Origin: Flaccisagitta enflata
Lineage: Eukaryota
Reading direction: 5' to 3'
Assembly (NCBI GenBank): GCA_965153355.1
Contig: OZ231126.1
Location: forward strand, 47,058,001-47,122,000
DNA length: 64,000 nt
Shown here: piece by piece, positions 56,501 through 64,000 of the stretch
Layout of the letters: each line of letters starts with the position of its first letter
Numbering within the stretch: position 1 is the stretch's first letter
Translations under genes and position numbers: made by a program
Notes under the pieces: model-generated
Seen by the model: only the letters and a program-made list of their open reading frames with translations
Database searches by the model: none
What the model was told of the DNA's origin: nothing

Positions 56501-57978
56501 AAATGTGGATTTTGTATATGTCATTTTGGTGCAATTTGATGTATTGATTTGTTCGCCTTGAATATTATTTTGCTGTTGCTGTTTCTTTTTGCCTTTCTAT
56601 CTGTGTCCCTCTTCTTTCTTTTAGTTCCCTAGTGGTTATTTAGTGTTAGTGCATTTTAGTTTCTCAGTTGGTGGAAGTTGGTGCTTGTGGAAGTGTCGTA
56701 TTTTTTCTGTGGTATTTTTTCGTGGTAGTGATAATGTCGTCGGTGGATGCTGGAGTGGAAGTGGAGATGGAGGTGGGTGATGGTGCTGGTGCAGCCGGTA
56801 CCGGTGTGGGTGTGGGTAGCCCGCGGATGAGGGGTGGTAGTGCTGGGAGTTTCGTGGGTGGTGCTCTGGAGGAAGACCAGGAAGGGGTGGATGCGGTGGT
56901 GGGTGATGAGGAAGGGGTGAATGCGGTGGTGGGTGATGAGGAGGGGGGTGAGGTACCTCCGGTGCCCTATGCGGATTTTCTGCAGCAGGTACCGGAGGGG
57001 CGGGCGTTGAGGAGGTTGGCATGGATGAAGGACGGGGTGGTGTTGGGCGGCGGAAGGGTCACAGCGGCCGACTTGATGGTGGGCAGCGGGCCGGTGGCTG
57101 TTCCGCCGTGGATGAACTCTTGGGTTGAAATGGACAATGTGGATAGGGATCTTTGTGGATTGCGCCAAGTGGCAGTGGCCTTCCACAAAGTTGCCCACCC
57201 GTCTCTCCCCCACCTGTGTGTGCTGCAGGTGTTGCGGCAGGATCATCTGCCGAACTTTTATTTGATGGTGGATGGACATGATCCGAAGGAATTGTTGGAG
57301 ATTCCGTCTTATAACTTTGATGGAAAGAACGTCATCTTTTGGGGCGAGGAGCCGGGGATGCGTTTTGCGGTGACGACGGCGGTGGAGGAGGAGGGCTTCT
57401 GCGAATATTGGAGCTGGCATGATGAGGAGACTCATCACTCGCCGAAATGGCAGGCTTGGCCGAAGTCGGGGAGGCCGGGTTGTCAGGCCAACGCATTTGG
57501 GCCTTTAGCGCCGGTCTTGCAGTTTTGGGCGGAAGTGGAACAGGTGGTGGCGGCGGCATCGGCGGCACCTACTCCGGCGTGGATGCGGCCGGCATTGAAA
57601 CGGATCGTCGCGGCTTGGAAGGAGAAGTATGACTCTGTTTTGAAGAAGCCGGAGTATGTGCCGGAGGAGTTCTTTGGGGCAAAGCGGCGCGGCGGCCAGG
57701 GGAAGGGGATGTTGGCGGCGCAGGAGTTGTTGGCAGATGCAATGCGGGGGATGCATTTTACGGAGCCAGAGGCGGCCAGTGGGGCATTGCCTGCCGGGGA
57801 GGCAATGCCGCCTCTAGTGCCGGCGGAGGAAGTGGTGGTGGCGGCGCCGGAGGTGCCGGCGGCGGTGGCAGCGTCGTCGGCGGCGGTGGCGGCGTCATCA
57901 GCGGCGGCGGCGGCGACGGTGTCTTCGGTGGTGAGGGCTGTGGTCGGTGGGGGTGGCGTTCCTCCGGCTGCGGTTGAT

Positions 57979-58012
<34 letters not shown>

Positions 58013-61000
58013 AGGCGGAGAAGCAGAGGAAGAAAACGAAGAACAAAGAGAGGCACGATAGGGCGAAGATGGCAAGGGAGGCGAAACGCGAGGAGGAGGC
58101 TCGTGCCAAGGAGGAGGAGGAGCGGCGGCGCTGGGAGGACCAACAGCGGCGTTGGGAGGAGGAGCAGCGCCGGGTTGAGGAGGAAGGGCGCCGGGTGGAG
58201 GAAGAGCGGCGCCGGTTGGAGGAGGAGCGGCGCCGGCGGGAGGAAGTGGCTGCGGCGGAAGTTGCGCGGAAGGAGGAAGAGCTGCGCCGTGCGAGGGAGG
58301 CGTTGGCAGGATGCGGCGGCGGTGGAGGTGCCCCTGGCAGGCCCTCATCGTCGTCATCACAGTGGCGTGAGAGGGGCCATTGTGGCTTTCGTGCCCCTCT
58401 TCCTCCGTCGTCTTCAGTCTCGTCGGGGCGGGTCCAGCCGCCGTCTCGGGCGCTGGACGCGTCGTTTGCGTCATCGTCGTCGGCGATGTCGCAGGAGGAA
58501 GTGGACTTGGCGGTGGCGCAGGCATACGCGGCGGGTGCGCGCCGCGAGCGGGAGGCGAGGCGAGAGAGGGAGCAAGGGGTGCGCGAGCGCAGCGACGACC
58601 GTGCTTCAGCCCCTTCAGCAACATCAACGCCACGGGCTGAGAGGCCGTCTCGGCCGCAGTCCCGCGGCGGTTATGGCGGTGGTGGTAGTGGTCGTCATGG
58701 ATGGCGCGGCGGTTCGGCGTCGGGCCGGCGGCGTTAGAAGCATGCCGCCGTGTCCGTCCGTCCGTCCGTCTGCTCGCCCGTTACTTAGGTAGGTTTTGCC
58801 TGCGTCTTCCCTGTGTTTTTTTTTGAGGGGGGACGGTTGATTAGGTTTGAAGTATGATTCAAACGGGGGGATTGTGAATTATGGCGATTATTTTTGTAGT
58901 TTTTTGTGATTATTTGTCAATTTCGCCTATTTTGCTTTCCTCTCTGTTGATCATATTTGCGCCTGTTATTATCTCTGATTTTCTTCTTAGTTGATCAGTT
59001 ATAATGTCTTGCGTGGTTCAAGCCTGGTCATGGTCCGGAGGCGAAATGCTACCTGGTGAGTTTTGGTGTCTATAAGAGGCTTGTTGGGCTGTACTGTAGT
59101 TATATAGTTTGCTAGATTCCTTTGGTTAGTCAGTTATTAGGTTTGTGGTAGGTCTAATCCTTCCTTCTCCCCTTGCCCCTTTCTTCTTTCTTTTATCTGC
59201 AGCGTTTTGATACGACTTTTTACCTAGAAGACTCGATGACGTGATTTTGGTGACGAATTGGCGCGATGATGTCAAACGATTGACTTGATTATGTACAACG
59301 AATTGGCGTGACGATGTGCAACGAGAAAGATCGGATATGCTGAACATTTCGATGAGACTTGCTGAACATTCGATGGGATTTGCTGAACATTTCGACGAGA
59401 TTCTATGAACATTGACGTTGGCGTTGGCGTGACGTCATTTCCGGTGCGACTTCATCTTGGCGTTGGCGTGATTGCGGCTTTGGCGGCGTCATTCTTCCGG
59501 CCATCACTTGGAATTCACGGTACGAGCTTTTGGTGATTGACCGTGTCATATGCAGTTTTCTACATAAACTGCCTAAGTCATAGTAACATATCACTACATA
59601 AATAAGCTAATATCTCATAAAGCAGATTTCAGATTTAATTCAAATTTTACAGGGCTTATTTATTTACTACCCTCTACTTGCATACCAAATTAGAAAAAAA
59701 TTCACATACCTTTACTACCCTTTGCCTATGTAAATTGCCCAAGTCCTAGCAACATACTATTACATAAATAAACTAATATCTCATAAACCAGACTTCAGAT
59801 TTAATTCGAATTTTGCAGGGGTTGTTTATTTACTACCCTCTACTTGTTTACCAAATTAAAAAAAAATTCATAAACCTTTACTACCCTCTACCTATGTAAA
59901 ATGCTTAAGTCCCAGCTAAATATTACTACAAAAATAATAGGCAAAGGGTAGTAAAAGTTAATGAATTTTTTTGAAAATTGGTGCACAAGCTCCTATTGAC
60001 CTACAAACAACACCAGCAAAGTTTCATAAAATTCTGAAGTCTGGTTCCAAAAATATGAGAGGGTTTTAAACAGACAGACAGACGGACAGACAGACTACAC
60101 ATCACTGCTACTTCATAGTCACCGACGAAAGCTGTTCGTCGGGGACAAAAAAAAAGGAACCGGTAGTACCTATAGTGAACATCCAGCCAAAATTAAGATT
60201 GAGCGTAAGTTCAAGAATATTCAGCTATACAAAATTATCATTAACAAGTCCGATCAGGCAACGATGCGTCCTGACTTTGTCTCTGCTTGTATTGACTTTG
60301 GCGCTCAACTCGGATGGTCAGAAAGGTGAAAAGACATAGAACCATAAGAGGCTCTCAAAACATCCTAACGACTGTTTGACTTGATGCGTGACACCCTCGC
60401 GGCCGAAAATTGCCAAAAACTACGATTTTCAAGGTGTAACTGACGGAGGGACGGACCAACCGACCGATGGAGGGACGGACCAACCGACCGACGGACGGAT
60501 GGACGGACAGACAGAACCTCATAGATATGCAAGGACGCATCTAAAAACGAACTTGCAATGACTTTGCATGAATGGAGTACACAAAATTGAAAACAAATTT
60601 GTGTTCACGTTTCACACCTTACCAAATGACGCTCTCACCTGTGGGGAAACGGGCATCTGCCGCCCCTCATGCATTGTCCCATCTGGAATTCTTTGCATAC
60701 AAACATGCTCTTGATGCCGCCCTTGCACTTGACGCATCTCGATTTCGGGTATGGACCGAGACAATCGATACACACGTGACGTTTCTCGCATTTCACGCCA
60801 TTGTCGCATCCCTTGGCGTGATTAAACGCTTCGCAAATTTCTTTAACGTAACGCCAGCCTTCCTCATCGACCTCGGTGTCCTCGGGTTCCGGTTCGGACG
60901 TCTCGCCCTTGGCGGCTTTCGCTTCCTCTTCTTTGATCTTCTGCGCGCAGCTAAGCAGCGTGGAGATGTTGAGGTCGTACAGCGTCAATGCGTCCATCAT

Positions 61001-62397
61001 TTCTCGTTCCAATGTCGGATTTTCTCGGAAATCTTCGCCACCAAAACACGCGCATGTCTGCATGGGATCCGGACCCAAACACTTGGCGCACTTGTGAAAG
61101 TACTTGCAAGTCTGATAAAGGACAGTAGAAAGCAGGGTGGGATGGGAGAAAATCAATCGACGAAATCTTGTTGGTAACCCCGAAATAGTTAAATCTTGAT
61201 ACCTAGTCCCCAGCTCCGAGCATTATGATCTGAAGCAGTAATGTGACCCTTTTTGGGCACCGGCCACAACGCTTCGAGACCTAAATCCCAGCCTAAAAGC
61301 CCAAATATTTACTTCAAGGCTAAAACCCCAACCTCAAATCCCGGCACTAAGGCTAGAATCCCAGCACCAACGCTTGTATCCCAGCCCTCTCACCTCTACT
61401 CTAACCTAGGGGCATCGGGTGCCTCTAATCATCTTACGCTTTTGCGACTATCTACTATTGCTTAATCATGATGGTAAGTTAGAGACTTTTGACCTTTACA
61501 AGAATAAAATAAGACAACTCACCTGAAATGGGCAAGTCCCAGAGTTGAAATTCTTGCAGACGCCTGAAAAGATCAAAAGCAAATTGTTAAGAGAAAACGA
61601 ATCCCGAGAATGGGAATATTCAAAAAGTACCGATGGCGCCGTATCGTGCAGACAGGATATATTCAGTCGCTTCCTACCTCTGGGCCAACCACCCCGGGCG
61701 AAATTCAGGTCCGTCGACTTGTCCGGTTTGGTCTTGATTTTGGACGTGATCTCATCCATCTTTCCCGTTTCTAAAGCGGCGTCCTTCTGAAACTCGACGG
61801 CAGCCTCGCACAAGCAAGAAGCGACGGGCGAGGAAGAAGAACATTTCACGCACGCGTGAGTCTTTGGACAGTCCTGAGAATAGAAGGGTATAGTCGATTA
61901 AAGGGGAATATCTGTACGACTCCCGCCCTATCGGATTAAAGAAAAAAGAAATGTGCAAAGCTAAAACAGTAGGAATCTTGCCATCGGGTTTATATAACCT
62001 CGTTGACAGTAGCATGTAGAATTGTACATCATAGATATAAATCATATAATCCTCATTATTATGCCATCGTTAACATCAACTTTCATGGTTATTTTGTTAT
62101 TATCATCGACGTCATCATCGTTATCAAAATCATGACCATCAATTCTGTCATTACCGTCAAAATCATCATCATCGCTATTGTCATCGTTGTCAAAATCACA
62201 GCGGTGCATAATTATCGAGTCGCCTTTGATTTTCCATCCTCCCATTATCCACACCTGTTTTACGCACTCGCCGACATTAAACATGCGGCAAACGCTGTCA
62301 GGCCATCCTCGTTTCTCAAGTCTCACTTGATTCTTCTTCACCTTCCTCGCCTGCATTTCTTCAAGAGTAACGAGCGCCTTACGAAGATCTTTGGCGC
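39267..62397 (-). CDS. Tandem zinc-finger / proline-rich / TRIR (C19orf43)-like protein; 5' end lies beyond the window
   Basis: Exons 62397-62255, 61873-61678, 61563-61523, 61111-60639, 42586-41644, probable microexon 40422-40406, 40347-40249, 39716-39678, 39568-39503, 39383-39267. The fourth finger is split in frame across the 18-kb intron (CPFPHR|CHDC). C-terminal motifs FANDGSF, KRVGGKALKTGMV and DAWSKYMEEVKR resemble TRIR. Confidence 0.8.
42172..42400 (-). repeat. Coding 15-bp tandem repeat encoding PPR(D/E)(F/L/H)
   Basis: About 15 units within the Pro-rich exon. Confidence 0.9.
44556..48700 (-). mobile_element. CR1/L2-group (Crack-like) non-LTR retrotransposon, near full length
   Basis: Single ORF with PHD finger, APE endonuclease and RT; 3' end AATAAA followed by an (ATTC)n tail; inserted in a GATGACAGTAGTTGAA tandem repeat. 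Confidence 0.92.
44781..48239 (-). CDS. LINE polyprotein: 2A-like peptide, PHD, APE, RT; one in-frame TGA at 45095-45093
   Basis: CVVC..CDYCLKWTHIRC..CDRC (PHD); HANVRS, SESW, GDLN, SLIDH, SDH (APE); NYRPVS, DLQKAFD, GVPQGSILGP, YADD (RT). ORFs 45093..48350 and 44781..45089 share one frame. Confidence 0.9.
49037..49727 (+). repeat. 5' LTR (691 bp)
   Basis: TGTGAATT...TTCTACA; about 13 differences from the 3' LTR counted by eye (~98% identity). Confidence 0.97.
49728..49738 (+). promoter_or_regulatory. Non-tRNA primer-binding site, complementary to LTR positions 49366-49376
   Basis: GTATCAAAACG is the exact reverse complement of CGTTTTGATAC; there is no TGG start. Confidence 0.75.
49780..52221 (+). 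CDS. gag: Gag with three BEL-type Cys/His knuckles
   Basis: CGRCGGQHRLPAC, CYQCLEAGHMARNC, CPICGLGHHELLH; first ATG at 49780; ends in TGA. Confidence 0.92.
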   Translation: MSTQPQQDAGEGGERPVWDRRIISRVRRELKQEYLLVESAVSFASVSSERSVLIRFNDTANKFCDLVNAKIAEYNNCVIVTKVAESAANDLMVDIHSYRTKLDTTLQPRYVEEEGDGHRDVSFEAGSPIEKKATPVELRATDGAAAAQNGKDAALDKTMRISDSDLSEEEEEEEKETEATEENGRGGGNADQNGVSDAPASGIFGRLTNLFKNSTPTDAVPAVNVIPPTPADKERSHTRSAASIARSLQAREERDKKKQEEEEQMEAMRKQSEAEEVEAMRKVEEIRKQRTLNEKLHAAKMDGLEAIHDKQQQIIEDEESEAAAEEAMKDLEKTVEGAKGGKEDNNAAVERWAKGNVREPIAKILPKKVEVAAPPKGKAAVKLDLKNIKVTPPKAKSLPAITPIIRKGRMNSTSEKKRSKEARRLSEEKEKAEKRARDLEAQLKQVQETARQMESALNAVEEDEEEEEDDLEKMPLSPSYTENSGFCEMVKVQTQMYAMSQLKEARPEKKFAACGKKVDFSKHMLEFETALGIVGLTETMKLNEFHHYFEGSALQLIEAELRRKNDAEKAVSDAISKLNRKFGTRKETALEMMDELLQGKQIGEKDHGGLLSFYCRLTSIHTLACDTNRGTEFENKLVVDSILSKKIPHLSAKWAKRSVKDAMAGGKGLNFAAFLSFLDEEHAIAEYCYKNSGQAQQIKPIGAKIAATTATTTKKEGATAAAATPPKPAGGCGRCGGQHRLPACDIFKGLAVGDRRKFCMNTRSCYQCLEAGHMARNCQSPDKCPICGLGHHELLHPVDETAPAPPGETNNTA
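52222..56253 (+). CDS. pol: Pol (protease, RT, RNase H, integrase), in frame with gag beyond the TGA
   Basis: ALLDGGA (PR); ADIKDFF, YVDD (RT); FSDAS, SIPRLEL, WTDS, NPAD (Pao RNase H); H-H-C-C, GVDCFG, SDQGTNF, GGVWERMV (IN). No stop and no ATG between the TGA and the protease active site. Confidence 0.95.
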   Translation, partial: LATPRQNSIFKVGGDDGAWRLIVPLYVTNTSGDKIATFALLDGGANRHVVSEAICADLGIEGRDVNMKITTLDKTVEGVRKVADVSVVGTNGFELDLKNAIFGEIIATEGDRPPENVDVENMDHLSDIDFPAFPENIAGGKKIGVIIGAEHARIWSTGERRVGDASLPVALETGFGFCLIGPKKNIDSHCFVCNHVSFQSCPTDTEKDMKKCFASEFERIKGDDETMSLKDKHAVRQLEEGIIWDSLAERYRAPLPHVVSREATAAKINKVDSGGMALDRLWRTGRQMRKDPERRRITFETMAKFDEKGRVVEVDPAEHEATPTDRPKWTIPIHVTDKPGKPGQVRICHDCRASVGGICLNDFLLDGPQLACDIRGVLMRFRDEGEVAVGADIKDFFHEVYIAKEDEAAFRYWWFKSEDMDDVQLKGFLGHVFGAKSSNFVAIFTKRFHVNNKAAEYGALVVQAANRNFYVDDLLKSLRNTKIAKEFRINMTAAMKDGGFTLCKWRSSKPEVLDGMEAAPAEKDFCGPAADADDIGKLLGMQYSFSADAFFYIPDQEKQNLKVETKRQMLQVIASFFDPLGFLDPFVIWARLILQKVMKLPIGWDEKTIETNLLDEFARWQSDFVYLNGFKICRWTATLATQDAKRQLMVFSDASSEGYGVVIYVRRATPDGVIHISIVCSKAHVVPVKDAEAGHHDSIPRLELQAARLAARMRVNVEKETGSYDNVVMWTDSECVIKQLHDTETCFKVYFSNRLSEIQALTSVDEWRWVPSGDNPADDCSHGLLASDPKWARFLNGPDFLRNREEDWPSKQIATEPFPAHILATTVTTPEVTQCSWVTKISSSVAAWKAKVRRIAWVKKTLLQAVYRRRGETGAVEARLTTPDLRDAELLLLKDIQRRHFTKELAALAVQPAKPSKRPSVQPSSTVAALNPFIDDAGILRCRGRLEKADYLPFDAKHPIILPHGDDAVLELVRGMHERCLHAGVEQILGESRRRFWITKGRRLVTRVVRACVGCQKLFKSPQSQQMAPLPSERTLVCRPFENTGVDCFGAIKCKIVGRAFHEVNVALFTCMATRAVHFEVLRTMEASSFIDALQRFRARRPAVRCLFSDQGTNFTAAEKEIAAEVASWNASSASDLHLLGLEWKFNPPTSPHRGGVWERMVRSAKKHLSFVLQRDNLNIETLTTVLAQAELTMNSRPITYVSDEPGVHALRPIDFLCPGVFASSDCDILPPTPPGGDNLRYSWRQSRALVDEFWKRWSRDYLSALQARPKWRSSEPNLQVGDVVLLVDDQCRRGDWRCGVVMETDGGELVRTVTVKTAAGKTFSRDRTRVVCLELDPMRAEE
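56734..58737 (+). CDS. Third ORF of the retrotransposon, unknown function (667 aa from the first ATG)
   Basis: Uninterrupted ORF between integrase and the polypurine tract: acidic/Gly N-terminus, aromatic-rich globular middle, Ala-rich linker, E/R helical region, RG-rich tail. Confidence 0.8.
58873..59564 (+). repeat. 3' LTR (692 bp)
   Basis: Direct repeat of 49037-49727. Confidence 0.97.
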
Positions 62398-62895
62398 CTG
62401 CGAGAATTATTCAAAACAAGGCCAACACCTTACAGTCGCGTGCGGTTGTTAAGACCAAAAGACCAAAGATGACTTATAATGACTTTAAACAAATCAAAAT
62501 AACTTAAAATGATGTAGAACGACAAAAAGAAGCTAAGCCTTACGGACCGACAGACAGACAGACAGAGTGGGTCATAGAGTCGCGTGCACGCGTCTAAAAA
62601 TCTTCATTAAAATATACAGATTAATGAGACAATCAATGTAGAGCGCGTCACCGCGCGTGTAATCATTTTGTGAGTATGCAGTATGTAGAATATGTAGTAA
62701 TGATCACCTTGGCAAGCGCAAATTTTGGCGGCGTTTTTTCCAAGACAAATAGCGCAGTGGTGTCCGACGTCACACTTTTTCTCGCAAGTGCCCAGGTTGA
62801 ACTAAAATGAATAATTATAAAAGAAAATGAGCACTGTAATCTGACTATAATTATATATATTTAATTGAAACATGTAATCAGTAGAATTCAAAGCC

Positions 62896-63910
62896 GGGTG
62901 GTTTCATGACAAATCACCCAAACTTAAAACCCTAAAAAAATAGAATTTGCTCTTTTTTAATGTAAAGGTAGCCCTTGGGGAGATATTCAAGAATCCCGAA
63001 GATTTTCGCTCTCGGACCCATATTTTGGGTTTTGGGGGGTTCGAAATTTTGGGCCCCCCAGGTACCCCCAGAACTTTAAATAGCTATATCTCAGCCATTT
63101 TTTATAGTAAAAGGACAATCTTGGTGTCAATCTTCTTGTATTAACCCAAAGAATCTAATAGGAAAAAAATTTGAACCAAATAAAATCATTTTGGGGGTTT
63201 TTACCCCTAGGGGTAGTACCCCGGGGTACCCCAGGGTACCTAGTACGTAGAAATTTTGAAAAAAAAGCTTGGAAAAATATTCTTCTATGTTTGTAGTTTC
63301 ATATTCAAGAATAAAAAAAAATGGTACCTCTGCACCTTGATACCCAAAAAGAATAACAAAATTGGGTGGTCAGGCCCATTTTTCAGTATTTTTGCTTAAA
63401 TCGACGGTTTTTAGGAAAATGCTCAAAAATGGGCCTGACCACCCATTTTTGTTATTTTTTTTGGGTATTAAGGTGCTGAGGTACCATTTTTTTAATTCTT
63501 GAATATAAAACTACAAACATAGAAGAATATTTTTCTAACTTTATTTTTCAAAATTTCTACGTACTAGGTACCCTGGGATACCCCGGGGTACTACCCCTAG
63601 GGGCAATAACCCCCAAAATGATTTTATTTGGTTCAAATTTTTTTCCTATTAGATTCTTTGGGTTAATACAAGAAGATTGACACCAAGATTGTCCTTTTAC
63701 TATAAAAAATGGCTGAGATATGGCTATTTAAAGTTCTGGGGGTACCGGGGGGGCCAAAATTTCAAACCCCCCTAAAACCCAAAATATGGGTCCGAGAGCG
63801 AAAATCTTCGGGATTCTTGAATGTCTCCCCAAGGGCTACCTTTACACCAAAAAAGAGCAAATTCTATTTTTTTAGGGTTTTCAGTTTGGGTGATTTGTCA
63901 TGAAACCACC
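62896..63910. mobile_element. Foldback/MITE: ~1-kb near-perfect palindrome
   Basis: GGTGGTTTCATGACAAATCACCCAAAC ... GTTTGGGTGATTTGTCATGAAACCACC; arms pair to near the centre (~63400); AAGCC on both flanks. Confidence 0.9.
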
Positions 63911-64000
63911 AAGCCATTCATTTTCAATCCATGTCAGTTGCATAATGCGACTGCGTACTGGTTATCAATTAGCACGTACGCTTTCCATACTCAAATCACC

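Larger units (their letters stand above)
49037..59564 (+). mobile_element. Full-length BEL/Pao LTR retrotransposon with 5-bp target duplication TAAAC
   Basis: TG..CA LTRs, TAAAC at 49032-49036 and 59565-59569, purine-rich tract aaacgggggg before the 3' LTR, domain order gag-PR-RT-RH-IN. Confidence 0.97.
44169..60155 (+). mobile_element. Family B Helentron/DINE-like element split by a LINE and an LTR retrotransposon
   Basis: Left end aaaagcttcaaaattacagtccccgac; right hairpin agtcaccgacgaaagctgttcgtcggggac plus A-run. Internal repeats resume on both sides of each insertion. Confidence 0.7.

Noticed and set aside
56668-56733. Hydrophobic stretch VVFFLWYFFVVVI as an Env signal peptide
   Set aside because: It lies upstream of the first ATG, depends on a TTG start and coincides with the T-rich acceptor tract; not excluded if splicing adds an upstream start.
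50352-58633. Antisense and alternate-frame ORFs overlapping gag, pol and ORF3
   Set aside because: Shadows of GC-rich coding sequence; no motifs.

Overview
Repeat-rich animal (invertebrate-type) nuclear DNA with spliceosomal GT-AG introns; no prokaryotic features. Host genes: (i) a plus-strand multi-exon gene for a long low-complexity protein (~1685-20266); (ii) four head-to-tail minus-strand genes with very short spacers: a tandem zinc-finger/Pro-rich/TRIR-like gene (5' end beyond the window), intronless TIMMDC1-like, kizuna-like and an ankyrin/coiled-coil gene. Apparently unpaired splice acceptors precede their ATGs, suggesting a spliced-leader (SL) resolved operon. A ~3.3-kb inverted copy of part of that cluster, fused to a Penelope RT fragment, lies in an intron of gene (i). 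An 18-kb intron of the zinc-finger gene holds a Helentron-like non-autonomous element that contains a CR1/L2-type LINE (2A-like motif, SL-like 46-nt 5' end) and an intact BEL/Pao LTR retrotransposon. The retrotransposon is the most unusual object: it has no tRNA PBS but an 11-nt site exactly complementary to a sequence in its own LTR (Tf1-like self-priming), that sequence begins right after a splice acceptor, gag and pol are separated by an in-frame UGA-CUAG readthrough-type stop, and a large unknown third ORF follows a T-rich spacer. Gene names come from recalled motif similarity, not database searches; coordinates and exon models were derived by hand.
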